Source of the DNA: Octopus vulgaris
Lineage: Eukaryota
Assembly: GCA_951406725.2 (NCBI GenBank)
Contig: OX597814.1
Coordinates: 13,144,001 to 13,208,000, forward strand
DNA: 64,000 nucleotides
Reading direction: 5' to 3'
A program made the translations under genes and the position numbers. Shown in pieces: positions 30,159 through 44,190 of the stretch; the stretch's first letter is position 1, and each line of letters begins with the position of its first letter. The notes beneath the pieces were generated by a model. The model did not search any database. It was not told the DNA's origin and was given only the letters and a program-made list of their open reading frames with translations.

Positions 30159-33134
30159 TTGTAGAAAAGAAGTTTGAAAATGCCACTATGTTAAATAAAT
30201 TTTAATTTTCTTAGAAATTTTACATGTTTCGGTTCTTGAAAAAACGAACCTTATCAAAAATATTTTAAAAAGTTAAGTGTAATAGAAAAGTTCATAATTG
30301 TTTCTTACTGGTCTCAATAGAATCCATGAAGTGGTGTTTTGTCGGTAGTAGGTATAATAGCTATACCTTTCAAGTTGAGTGTAATAAAAAAGTTCATAAT
30401 TGTTTCTTACTGGTCTCAACAGGATCCACCTTGTTGTGTTTTAGCTGTCTTGTGTTCGAATGACCCGCGACTGAAATGGTAGTAGCAGCAGTGACTGTTG
30501 GTCGTAGTAGTGGTAACCGTGGTGGTGGTGGTTGGGGTTGCAGCAATTAAGCTGTGGCAGTAACAGCGACAGCAGTAGTGGAGGACTGTTGATCGTAGTA
30601 GTAATAGTAGTAATAGTAGTGACCATGGTGGTTGTAGTGGTAATGATAGTGGAAGCAGTCGTAGTGGTCGTGGTGGATGTGGTAGAATTCCATTTTCTTT
30701 TCGGAAGACCAATGTATTGTTTTAATATTCCTGGCCCAGGGTGTTCAAACTTGGTCCGAATTTTTTAATGAAATAAAGTTCTTTATTTTGGCGTCGAGTG
30801 AAGGTTACGCTGTCACTGAATTTGTGAAGTGGGCAAGTTGTAAATTTCGGATTTTTATTTGAAGCACATCTATCTATATGTCCGCTGACTGGTATTTTCC
30901 GGTATTCAGGATTTCTAATTTGGGATTTATGCACCACCATCCTTTTTCGTAAGCTGTTTTTTGTATGGCCTATATACTGCCTATTGCAACCTGCGCATGT
31001 TAAGACGTAAATTAAGTTTTCTGATGCACAGGTGAAGTTTGTTCTGATAGTAAACTGATGGCCTTGTTCTAATGAGAATTCTGAACCTTCTACCAAGATG
31101 ATACAGATTCCGCAGTTGGGCTTTCCACATTTTCTAACTGCTGGTTTTGTGGTTGATATTGAGTGCAGTTTAGCTTGGGTTAAAATCTTTTTCAAGGATT
31201 TTGGTTTCCGTTTACTTTTAATGAAGGTGTGTGTTTCGAGGATCCGCTTCATCTTTGGGTCTCCCTTTTTTTGGGCTGTGCTTTGTAGTATGGTGTTGAA
31301 GGCCTCATTGTTAAGTGGGTTGTGTGTAGAGATGTAAGGAAGGGTTTTTAATTTTTCTTTCTTTTTTGGTTTTCTTTGTCTCAGGTTTTCTATACTTAAT
31401 TTAAGTGCTCGTTGGATTGCACTGTCTATTAGGAGCTGTGGATAATTTCTAATTATGAGTGTAGTTATAAGTTCCTGGATACGTGTGTGTCAGGTGTTTG
31501 TGTCTGATATTATGGTGCAAATCCTTCTAGCTAAACAAAAAGGGACATTTATTCTAGTGTGTCTTGGGTGGCATGAATGAAAGGGTAGGTACTGCTTGGA
31601 GTCTTTCGGTTTATAATTGATATCTGTCTCCATTTTGTTGCCGACTTTCTTAATGAGGATGTCTAAAAATGGCAATTCTTCTTCGTTATGATCCATCATG
31701 AACTGAATATTATCATTTATTCCATTTAATTGTATTTTAAATTCCTCGAGTTTCTCTATACTTTTATCCCAGAGGATGAAGCAGTCGTCGAGGTATCTTT
31801 TCCAGTTGTTCTGGATATAGGTGGAGAAAGTGTTTCCATATTTCTCGAGTGTTTTCTGGTAGAGTATTTTCTCGAAGTATCCCATCACTAGGTTGGCAAA
31901 AGAAGGCGCAGTACGCGTGCCCATCGCTGTTCCCGATCTTTGTCTGTAGAAATTATTGTAAAAAGTAAAGTAATTGTTTTCTAAATTAAATCTAAGTCCT
32001 TCCATTATAAGTTCTTTATTTGTGCGAGTTGGGAGTTCTAAGGAGAAGTTGTTTAGCCAGAAAGTGATCGCTTCTATTCCTAGGGTGTGAGGGATGTTTG
32101 AATAAAGGTTAATTACTTCGAAGGATACTAGTAGGGTTTTCTTATTGACTGTTTTTGGGAGGTGGTTAAGCATGTCTATATCGTCTCTTACGTAGCTTTT
32201 GATGTGCTTTAGGAAAGGTTTAAGAAGTGTGTCTAAGAAAATGCTGAGGCGGTGAGTTTCACATGCTGGGCCTGCTATTATCGGTCTAAATTTAAGATCA
32301 TTTGGTGAAGGGATTTTGATGAGTATATCGGTAGATTTTTGCATGTTTCACTAATTATTTGGCTTTTGTGGACTTTAGGGATACCGTAGAACAAACTTGA
32401 TTTGCACTTAAAGTTAGTGATGTATTCGTACTCCTTGTTCGTGAGACCTTCTCGGTATGTGTTGATTATAATGTTGGGCCCTTTCATAATATGCTTCATC
32501 TCTTAATAGGGATAGCACTAAATTTTTATAATCATTTGTATTCATTAAAACTACCACGTTGCCCTTATCTGCCTCCTTAATTGTTATTGTTTTGTCTTCT
32601 CTTAGTTTGATGAGGTCGTTCCATTCTCTTTTGTTAAAGTTTTGGCTGTGTTTTTGTTTCTTGGTGAATTGAAAAGGGAAATCAGTTATGTAGTCACAAT
32701 AGCTGTCTAATGCTTTATTCTTTCCCTTGGTAGGGGTGTAATCGCTGTTGTTTATAGCTATTGATTCATCATTTATTTGTTTGCCATGAAATTCCTCGCC
32801 AAGTTTTAGTTTCCTACAAAATTCCGAAATATCATCTTTCATTTCATAGTAATTAGAACGTTGTGGGTTTGGTGTAAATTTAAGTCCTTTGGAAAGTATG
32901 CTTATTTCGTTAGGTGTAAGTTCTTTGTTCGAGAGATTGATTATTTTAATTACCTGTGGTTTCTTTTGTTTGTCCGTTGCCATCGTGTATCCCTGTTCCT
33001 GTGTGTTAGGTCTAAAAAATGGTTGGTGTAGTTATGTTCAAATAGTTATTTTCATAATAAATAATATCAGGGTAATAAAAATTATAGAAGTTTTTACTAC
33101 CAGTGGCCTAGCGTACAAGAAAATTAGTCAATAG
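30130..33134 (-). mobile_element. Near full-length Penelope-like element (Neptune-type), frameshifted RT plus GIY-YIG endonuclease, with 3' pLTR
   Basis: ORFs 32414-32983 (IINLS..ILSKGLKFTP..IKEADKG), 32278-32499 (FYGIPKVHK), 31490-32344 (RPII, SGTAMG, RYLDD, LPFLD, SCHPRH), 30722-31252 (CGKPNCGIC, NLIYVLTC, YIGHT, ELYFIKKF..LN). Confidence 0.95.
30217..30260 (-). ncRNA. Minimal hammerhead ribozyme with U3-A8 core variant in the PLE 3' terminal repeat
   Basis: Minus strand (A)TTT-TTGATAA-GGTTC gttttttcaa GAACC-GAAA-CATG-TA-AAAT. Confidence 0.65.
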
Positions 33135-33156
33135 ACTATATATTATTCATATAAAA

Positions 33157-33757
33157 TACAGTGTACATTAAAACGCATTAAGAGGTTTCCATCATAGGAA
33201 TTCATTACGCTAGAAAGAACAGTTAATGTCCAAAACACTAATTAGAGAATAAATTCTCGAAGGGAATAAAAAGCAAAAACATTTACCATCTAATTCCCAG
33301 ACCATGGTTTTTGACATATTTTTGTCAGTAAAATTATTATTCACTAAGACTAAGTCTTCGTCAGCGGGGATGCCTTATATTAAAAATACAAACAACGAGG
33401 CCGAATCGGCATGTGACTCGTTGCTTGTACATTTTAATTTTTTCTAATCCACTGTGCAAGTGCAGTCTTTTTTGCCGGCAACAAGAGGATGCCGGTAAAA
33501 TCATCGAACGAATCTACCAGACATTATTATACATAAGAAATAATATCAGGGTGTTTTTATATTTAATCTAAGGCATTCCCGCTAATTTTATTTACTAAAA
33601 GAAGTCAGAAACCATGGTCCGAGAATTAGATGGTAAATGTTTTTCAATCCCTTCGAGAATTTATTCCCTAATTAGTGGTTTGGACTTTAACTGTTCTTTC
33701 TAGTGTAATGGATTCCTATGATGGAAGCCTCTTAATGTGTTTTAATGTACACTGTAC
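33157..33757. repeat. ~600-bp fold-back element directly upstream of the PLE
   Basis: TACAGTGTACATTAAAAC.. (33157) mirrors ..GTTTTAATGTACACTGTA (33757); arms ~230 bp; hairpin-rich spacer. Confidence 0.9.
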
Positions 33758-34007
33758 ATATATACATATATGTTCTTTTATATTTTATATTCTTTATGAA
33801 AAACCTAATTCAGAAACGCGCGTCCATGGACGACCAGATATTGATTGATTTTCGTTGCTTTACTCTCTGCCTGTGTGAATAACCTTCAAGTATTTTGGTT
33901 TCTCTGGAAGACCCTTTTTAAAGTAGAAGAAATAGCTAAGATTTTTGGCTGCTATTTCTAAACCTCGGTGTGCGGTGAAGCAAATCTTTGCTGAACCCTT
34001 TTATTAG

Positions 34008-34040
<33 letters not shown>

Positions 34041-36290
34041 CGAGAGAGAGAGAGAAAGAGAAAGAGAGAGAGAGAGAAAGAGAGAGAGAGCGAGAGAAAG
34101 AATATGAATGTTAGTACATACCATATTGAATCCAGTGAAACTAGACAGCAAAGGAGCAAATGGAGACAGATAGAAAATAATAGAGAGAGAGAGAGTGTGT
34201 GTGTGTGAGAGAGAAAGAGTTTGTGAGAGAGAGACACACACAAAAAGACAGCCAGTGAGAAAAAAGAGAGAGACAGAGAGAGATTGACAGCCAGTGGAGA
34301 GAACATCGTCATATGTAGCTATGCGAAAGTCATCCTGTTTTGTAGGTCCAACTATTACAACGACTAGACATGAGAAATGGCTTCTCTGCGCTTATGTAGA
34401 ATATCAGGCTATCTTTAGACGTTGTATATTTGTTTCTTCAAATTTTGAATATTCTTTGTATGTCTTTGTGTGTGTGTGTGGGGGGGGGGGGCGTGAATAT
34501 GCCCATATGCGTGTGAGCGTAAATGTGAATGTGCGCAAAAGAGTGATATTTCTGAGATATTTCATTCTACTAAGAGGGTGCCTAATTTTATGAACATGAT
34601 ATATAATATGGGCATGTTCAGTGATATCGGGTGTATGTGTGGTAATGTGTGATTGTTTTTAGCCTCTTTGGATTAAGAAATGAGACGTAGCATTACACGA
34701 ATGAATAATAAAAAAGGAAAATAGACAAAACTACAAAAAACAAATGAATTTGCTCACCCAGAATACATGATGTTCGATGTGTTTGTTGTCACTTCTGTAT
34801 ATGTGTGAATGTGCATTCACTCGCTGATACTACCACTGTCCATCCGAAATGGAATTTGAATATATTCATAAAGTCTCCAACAACCCGCACTCTATAACCC
34901 ATAAAGTCGTTAATATATCAGAGCGTATAACCCATCTCTCAGACAATAAACATTTTTCAAGAAAAATCACAGTTACAAAATGAGACACTGCGAAAATATA
35001 CCTCCGACATCGGATAGCATGATACGACCTAATATTTCTGATGTTAAGGCTCCCATGTATAGAACTTGCTCGTCCCACTCTTATCAGTACTTCTCCACAC
35101 ACTCGGTTTTGAAAATTCTTAAATAGAAATGCAATGAAAATGTCTTACTCATCTACACCATAGTAGTAGAGAAAGTAGCCTTTTCCAGCATTCTAAAAAT
35201 TAATATACATAGAACTCACCCGAATAACACAAACAACCACATTTTCCATAATGTAATATCTAATAATATATCATTAACCTTTTATGTAATTTTTCTGGAA
35301 ACTCCAAGAAAGAAATAATACTTCGACTCTCACCATGGATAAAAAAAACACTGTTTCGTATGGATAAAAAAAATATATATGTCACTGTTTGGCATCGAAC
35401 TCTATACTAACCTCAAATACTAACTAAGAATATAATGTAGTTTTGGTAAATATTACTACTACATCATAAACAGTTCTATAGGGGAATAAGTGATCTACCA
35501 ATCTGCGTGAACGTGTGTGTGTTTAATATATATATATTATAGAAATATGTTTCAAAAACGAAAATGGAAACTACACCTGGAAAAAATATGAGGAAAGTAA
35601 GAAGAAAAAAATGCACATTAAATATGCACATTGAATATAAAAAAATAAAGGCTTTTTTATGAAAAGTAGCGATAGGTGAATACAATTAGATGTACTGAGG
35701 TAGAATTAATAGGAATTAAATTCATTATTTTGAATTGTTAAAGAGATTCATAGTCAAACCGGTATCGTCATTGCTGTTCACTGGCTTTGAATGCGCACCG
35801 ATTATCAAACGGTGTAGGGTCTACTAGTATCTCAGTAAAAAGATTGTGTAAGGGAGGTAAATAGTTCTGGAAGTCGTGCCATTAGGGTCGATATAATACT
35901 GTGATATGAATGGTAAAAGGAATGTATGGGTGTTAGTGGCATTATTGGTAATGTTAGCAGTGTTCTGTATTATGTTCTGTTCATGTTAAGTTGTGGATTA
36001 TATTTATTGATATAAGTTGCTTTTTATTCATTCTTTGCTCTACTGAGGTGTTCTGTGAACATTGACAGAAGGGAAAAATTAGGAAATTAGGATTAATGTA
36101 CCTAGCACACCAATTTATAGCATAATGAATTTAATTCCTCTAAATTCTTCATCAGTTCATCTAATTGTGTTTATTTATTGGAAATTTTCATAAAAAGCCC
36201 TTATTCTTTGATATTCAATGTGCATTTTCGCCTTTTTCTTCTTACGTTCCCCATATATATATATATACACATATCATATATATGTATATG

Positions 36291-36322
<32 letters not shown>

Positions 36323-36558
36323 TGTATGTATGTATAGATAGATAGATAGATAGATAAACAGATAGATAAATAGATAGATAGATAAATAGATAGATAGATA
36401 GATAGATAAATAGATAGCTATCCTCCATGCGTCAACATGTACCTCCTTGAGACGATGTAATATTTAATTTTATCATGATAATCTTGGCTTGAAAGGTAGC
36501 CGGCGGTATACAGCTCACTTGGTTTTTTACTACTTCTGAGATTCTGCTCGCTATGAAA

Positions 36559-36616
<58 letters not shown>

Positions 36617-36618
<2 letters not shown>

Positions 36619-37710
36619 CGGGAAGCTTTATGAAAATAAACAAAAGACGAAGGCAGGTGGAAAACAAACGAACAATTGTATTAGTATGGCGCTCAGGAAA
36701 TATAAATAAAACAAGTCTTTAACGTTTCGAGCCTACGCTCTTCAACAGAAAGATACACAGAGAGAGAAAAACACAGAAAGAAGGAGAGAAAAAAAATGCG
36801 TGCAGTAGCTAACGAATCAACATGGCGATCTGATTTCGGCCAGGGGTCAAAGATCAAACATGAGACGCGAGAGCGAAATAAGGGGAGATAATAGGGTTGA
36901 TAAAAGGGTTGAAGGACCAGCTAAAAGTGCGTGGGAGGGGTCTGGATGTGTGTATGTATAGGGTTGGTGTATGTATTAGTATGTATAAGGGTGTGTGTGT
37001 GTGTGTGTGTGTGTGTATGAGAGAGTATTAGTGCGTAAGATTGGTCTGGACGCGCGTATGTATGGGGTTGGTGTATGTATTAGTATGTATTAGTATGTAT
37101 TAGTACGTATTGGTATGTATAGGTGTGTGTGTGTGTGTGTGAGAGAGTATAAGTGCGTATGCGGGGTCTGGACGTGTGTATGTATAGGGTTGGTGTAAGT
37201 ATTAGTATGTACTAGTATGTATTAGTACGTATTAGTAGGTATTAGTTGGTGTGTGTATTAGTATGGCACATCATATGTGATGTGATGTGTAGTCATGTGG
37301 TGTAGTGAGGAGAAGAGGGGGAGGGAGAGAAGAGGGGGAAAGAAGGGGAGGGGAAGAAGAGGGGGATGAGAAGGGGGGAGAGGAGAGGATGGGGGAGAAG
37401 GAAGGGGATGAGGGGGATGAAGGAGGAAAGAGGGAGAGGGGGAGAGAGAAGGGGAGGGAGGGAGGGAGGGAGCAGAGGGAAGGGAAGAGGGAGGGAGAAA
37501 GAGGGAAGAAGGGAAGGGGAGTAGGAGTGAAAGGATGAAGGACTGAAGAAGTAGGGGTCGGGGGAGAAAGGATAGGTGAGGAGGGGGAAGAGGGAGGGAG
37601 AAAGAGGGAAGAAGGGAAGGGGAGTAGGGGTGAAAGGATGAAGGACTGAAGAAGTAGGGGTCGGGGGGAGAAAGGATAGGTGAGGATTTAAAGATGTATT
37701 CCTTCATCGA
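36617..37710 (-). mobile_element. PLE-type terminal fragment with minimal HHR, ~110-bp triplicated unit and polypurine tract
   Basis: Minus strand TCTTT-CTGTTGA-A-GAGC gtag GCTC-GAAA-CG-TT-AAAGA (~36716-36753); GGTCTGGA..GGGTTGGTGTA units at ~36939, 37043, 37165; G/A tract 37305-37690. Confidence 0.65.
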
Positions 37711-38059
37711 ACACTGACTGTATTGCGTAAGGTAATAACGCCTCGAAATACGTTAAATATGTTACGAAAGATGGTTTCCTTTAAATATCACACATAAAAC
37801 TAAGTGCATCAATTTTGCCATGAAATGTACTGCAATAATTAAAATGCAATATATGATATTAGATGCTACAGAGAAACATCATTTATGTTAATTTTTATAT
37901 ACCTAAAAGTGGGTACTTAAAATTTACTCACAGGTTTTGGTACATAAAAACTGAAATATCAAATGATGTGATCATGATTTCTCATACGAATTGAAATATA
38001 TATAGATACTTTATATGTAAATTCATGGGGAACCTGCACATAAACACACAAATACACAC

Positions 38060-38064
38060 ACAGA

Positions 38065-38098
<34 letters not shown>

Positions 38099-38534
38099 CG
38101 GCAGTTTGTCTGTCTGTGTGTCTGTGTGTCTGTCAGGTTGTACCCTCACCCTGACCACGGCTTTCAACCGATTCTGATGAAACCTGACACACACATAGCC
38201 CAATGTCATAATTCAAAACTAACGCAGTTATGAAAAAATCCTTCAGTTATGAAAAAATCCTTCAGTTATGAAAAAATCGATAAATTCGACATGGGGTCGA
38301 GAATCTAAGCTTTTTATATGCAACTCATTTACTGTCTAGGGGACACAACTCGACCTTTTTATCGCCCAAAGGGACAGCTAGGAACATCGTATACACAGAA
38401 GTATTCGAGTGAAGAGAAGACATTGCAACCTACACATGCGCCTTCGTTCCCTAGAGAGAAAGGACTAGATTGGGATTAGCCGTTGCCTACTAGGGGCTCT
38501 TACATACCCGGGCAACACCGGGCTATGCTGCTAG
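38060..38534 (+). mobile_element. Non-autonomous Helitron-like element
   Basis: 5' (TA)n then (TGTC)n and AACCGATTCTGATGAAAC; 3' hairpin CCCGG-GCAACA-CCGGG ~8 bp before terminal CTAG followed by T; internal 19-bp triplication at 38225-38281. Confidence 0.75.
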
Positions 38535-39379
38535 TATATATATATATATATGAAGTAATAAAAATGTTTACGTGTAACAGGTGTAATTTATTCTGATCAA
38601 TATATGCACGCAAATGCATGCACGCTCACGCACACTCACATAACTATTTGGAATAACAATTACAGTGACCGCCGCATTTCTTACACCTATAATGAGTACG
38701 ACATATCATTGTCATTATATGTTATAAAGACAGAACAGAGACAATATATATGAAGATATCTTCGAGGTGTTTACGCCTCCATTGAACACCTATGTTATTG
38801 TTCGGTCAACGTGAGAAACAAAGATAGTTAGTCTCAGTTGGTCGGCATTCTGTGAAATATTCAGTGACATACTTTAGGCACTGCCTGTAGAAGGGTGTGG
38901 TAAGCTATGTAGAGATTCCGGGACACCCCCCATCTCCACAAGGAACATCCTTGACAAGGCTCTACTTATATATTTGCCCCCGTGAGAATCTGCACTTAAT
39001 TCAACTGGTCGCATTATCTATCAGCAGGAAACTTATATATTTCACGTTTGACAGCAAATGTTGTTACCGAACATCAAACCTTTGGTGACCGATAAAGTGG
39101 ATATATTTCATTCGGCTGAGCTGACCCAGACAACATGATATGATTTAATATCAGTATTTCCTTTTGACATATGAGCCTATTCTTGTCGGTCATGCGAACT
39201 TACATATAAATTGTCACCTGGACGTCGGCTTGCACTGATTACACTCAATTACAGTTATCACTAAAATACAACGCAGAACAGAATGATAAGTAATTAACTA
39301 ATTGACACCAGTACCTAGTCAACACAACTACATACGCAATACCCAATGTATAAACTGATGTCGCTAAATATATCGTTAT

Positions 39380-40216
<837 letters not shown>

Positions 40217-40549
40217 GAAGATATACACATTTTATCGCTATGTTTATGTTTATTAATACAGGATTCTAAGTTGAGGGTATATGTGTGTGCGTATGCATGT
40301 ATTTATCTATATATGTATTTATATGCATATGTATTTATAAGCATATATATATATATGCATATAGATACATATATAGATACATACATGAATAGCCACACTC
40401 ACACACACGCACACAAACACACAGGCACACACACATACACCCTCACCTTAGAATCCAGTATTTATAAGCATAAAACATACCGAGAAAATTCAGTATATAA
40501 GTAAACATTCGCGCAACGCCAAAGCAAGTATTAAAAGATCAGTAAGTTA

Positions 40550-41874
40550 CATGAGGGTACTCAAAATTAACCGGAAACGTCCTCTGTTGGGCAAGTCTGT
40601 TGTAGTTTTGGCTTCCACCGCTGGAAACCACTAGATGGGATTCTCCCGCATCAGTCCGCCGACTGGCGTCTTCGTAATGTTGGTTGTGACACAAAGTATG
40701 TTTTGCAGTGCTTCACTCCATTTTGTGGATTTTTGCGTTATCTGAAACGAAGGAACAGCGTAGTTCCGTGAAATTCTGATTTCTGCTGGGGAGAACGGCG
40801 ACCGAAACAGTTGACATTCTTGAAAGAGCTTGCAAGGACTCTGCTATGAACAAAACACAATTTTACCAGTGGTTTTCGCGCTTAGGAATGATCACTTGTT
40901 ACTTGACATCAAATTTTGTTTAGGGAAATTGTCAACCTCTCAAACGAATGAAAAATTTATGCACATTAATGAACTGATCTTGGAAGGCCGTCGCCGAGCA
41001 GCTGACGAAATTGTTGATATGACGGGTGTGCTCTGGAGCTCCTGCCAACGAATTTTGAGCGACGAATAGTCAATTAATAGAGTTTCAGCAAAATTTGTGC
41101 TTGCTCACGGAAGATCAAAAGTAGTCACGGCTGGATGCGTGTTGTGAACTGAAAGAACAGATGGAAGATAATCCGGACTCTTTTTCGAAGGTCTACATAA
41201 GTGTCGAAAGCTGGTGCTACGGCTAGTCCCTAGAAACGAATCAGCAATGAAGTCAATGGAAACATTCAATGGCACGTTACCCGCCAAAAGCCCGACAAGT
41301 AAAGTCCAATGTCAAAACGATGCTGGGTTGTTTTATCGATGCGAAAAGAATTGTTCACACAGAATGTGTTCCTCCTGGTCAAAACTATTGACCAATAAAA
41401 AAAAAAATATTTTTTTACATGGCATTTCTGAAGCGTTAGCGAAACATAGTGAGACGAAAACGTCACGACCTATGGCCAAGTGGAGAGTGGTGATTTTATC
41501 GCGACAACCCACCTGTGCACATCGGCTTGAGTTTGAGACAGTGTTTGGTCCCAAACAGCATGACCCCGCTTACCCACCCAGCCTATACACAGGATCTTGC
41601 TCTCTGCGACGTTTTTGTTTTTTGATTCCCCAAAAGAATAAGTTCTTGAAATGAAAATGTTTGCAAATGTGGAAGAGGTGAAGAAGAAGACGACGGAGGC
41701 GTTGAAAAGCATTACTTCCCAAGTGTTCCAGGACTGCTTCCAAGAGTGAAAAACAGTTCTGGATCGATGCATTGATTCAAATGGAGAATACTTTGAAGGC
41801 GGTAAATGTAAAAATATATAAAACTAAGTGGATAAAATATTGCAGAATTCCGGTTTCTTTTGGGTACCCTCGCG
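40550..41874 (+). mobile_element. Full-length (~1.3 kb) degenerate mariner transposon with TIRs and TA target duplication
   Basis: TA-CATGAGGGTACTCAAAATTAACCGGAA ... TTCCGGTTTCTTTTGGGTACCCTCGCG-TA; fragments VKF..LGRTATET, RVSAKFV, YTQDLALCD, FANVEEVKKKTTEALKSIT..DRCIDSNGEYFEG. Confidence 0.9.
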
Positions 41875-41879
41875 TATCG

Positions 41880-43335
41880 GAGACTTTCTTCATTATCTTC
41901 AAATATTCACATTCAAGAATCAAACTCGGAACTGAAACTCTAAATTTGTCTCTTCATGCCTGCCCAAGATCTTAAAAACACAAATATTTAAAACCAATAA
42001 CTTTATTCCAAAGGGCTAAACTTGTATGTATTTCACCACCTTTCTTCTCTGCTTCTACCGTCACCGAAAATTATCCTCATAATATGCATGAAAATTATTT
42101 TACAGCTTCACAAAAAAAAGAACTGTAAAACGTTCTAAAAGTTGCACAATCTCCAACCAAATTGTTAACAGATCATTTTCTAACAGAATTGCTCCAACTT
42201 ACATACATTTACATAAATATATATAACTATGCAAGCATGTTAGATCGTCAATTTCTTTGTTAACTTCCATTAAATAAAATTATATTGAATTTTTAAGTTT
42301 TTATATAATTTAAATCAAATCTTATTTGTATTCCTATTTTTATGCATGCATATATACACACATCTTATAAACCTCTATTTTCGCATATCCATAGGTATAA
42401 AAATTATATATTATGTTATAATTGGAAACAGAAGTAAACAAGTATTTATATGCACAAAGCCTGCTTATGAAATTGCTTATAGAACAAGGAATTCTTATAG
42501 GGAAATATACTGACCATAAATATTTACACTTACTCACATTCTTTCGTGGCTATCAAAGCTCAAGATAAACAGTTTTCTATACTAACAATACCATGACATG
42601 CTCAAATAATAAGTCTAACTTCCTAATACAAATAGAAAATTATCTAAATATCATTCACAAAAGGTAAAAGTTACAGACCAGCGAATGCATACCATCTACT
42701 TATATTATTATGTGAACCATTAAACATTCCATTACAAAAATCTAATATACTAAATTCTTAAGTTATCAAGTACTGAATTAAAGTTTATGTTTTAACACTT
42801 ACATTGTCAAAGCAGAGAATTAAATACCATAAAACTACAAGTCACTACAGGTTGTGACACATCCACTGATCAAACAAAGAATTCTACGTATCTATATCCT
42901 TTTTTGAGCCGCAAAATTCTATGTCCTGATGCTGACAACTCGGAAATACACACATGTTTACAAAATTCTATACCTGTGAATAATTTCTGAACAGCAATAC
43001 AACTCCAAATGTAATTTTAAAAATCCCCCAGACACCTCTCCATCAAAATTTACCCAACAACATACATACCATTCAACCGCACTCTACAAACCACAGAAAA
43101 AAATATTTCAAAAGAAGTTCTATAAAACCAAGTTTAACGTAATTAACATATTCCTTTATTCAAAAGGGCTAAACTTGTACATATTTCACCACCTTTCTTC
43201 TCTGCTCTACCATCACCGAAATTATCCTCATAATATGCATAAACATTATTTTACAGCTTCATAGAAAATTAGAACTGTAGAACATATCTAAAAGTTGCTC
43301 AGTCTCCAACCAAATTGTTAACAGATTATTTAGCT
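41880..43335 (+). mobile_element. Degenerate PLE-like region with a ~180-bp direct repeat
   Basis: 42001-42180 repeated at 43155-43335; second copy encodes SKGLNL, like the PLE N-terminal SKGLKF motif. Confidence 0.5.
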
Positions 43336-43981
43336 GACTGAAATTTCGAGGCCACAGTGAAACTATTCGTGTGTATATGACTATTTATACACATATAATT
43401 CAAAACACAAACACACACACACAGACATTCACACACACATACATACATGTTCAGGTATTCAAACGCATAGACGCCCATACTTTTAACTAAAAATTAAGTT
43501 CTGTCGGCCACGCACAAGCAATTGTTAAAGATAATTAGCACCAATCTATAAACCTTATAAAAAGTCACTATAATTTTAACAACAGTAGTCTTGCATCAGC
43601 CCCGAATCGAAACGCTGTTAACACACTAGCAATTTCTTGTTCAATATCACCGCCATGAAAATGACAGCTACGCTGCTTGGCTCATGTGGTTTATTTGTAT
43701 GTCTAATTGTAGACATCGGTTCCTTAGCAAATATTTTGTGGTATACAGCTATTGAACAATGCATGTAAAAGAGTTCGATTTTATATACAGCTGCACTGGT
43801 TAATTATGGCTTCACTCTCATATTTACACTTACAAACATCCAGATGCGCAGAGCTGTTGAAGGAAGCGTTACAAATGTCCTGTAGTGCATCATATCAAAT
43901 TTAAAATGAAATTTTCCTTAGCTGAAAGTCTGAGATTCGCAGAGATATTTCTTTCAATATCTCAATATTATGCTAAACAGA

Positions 43982-44190
43982 AGGTGGTAAGCCGACAGAA
44001 TCGTTAACATGCTAAGCGAAATGCTTAAGCAGCATGTTGACCGTCTCCACGTTCTGAGTTCAAATTCCACCAAGACCTAATTTGACATTCATTCTTTCGG
44101 GGTTGGTAGAATAAGTACCTGAGTCGATGCAATCGACTTATCCAATTTCAATGAAATTGGCGTTCTTGAGTGAAAATTAGAAATAAATAT
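43982..44190 (+). mobile_element. Degenerate SINE family 2
   Basis: GTTCTGAGTTCAAATTCCACC..CATTCTTTCGGGGTTGGTAGAATAAGTACC. Confidence 0.7.
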
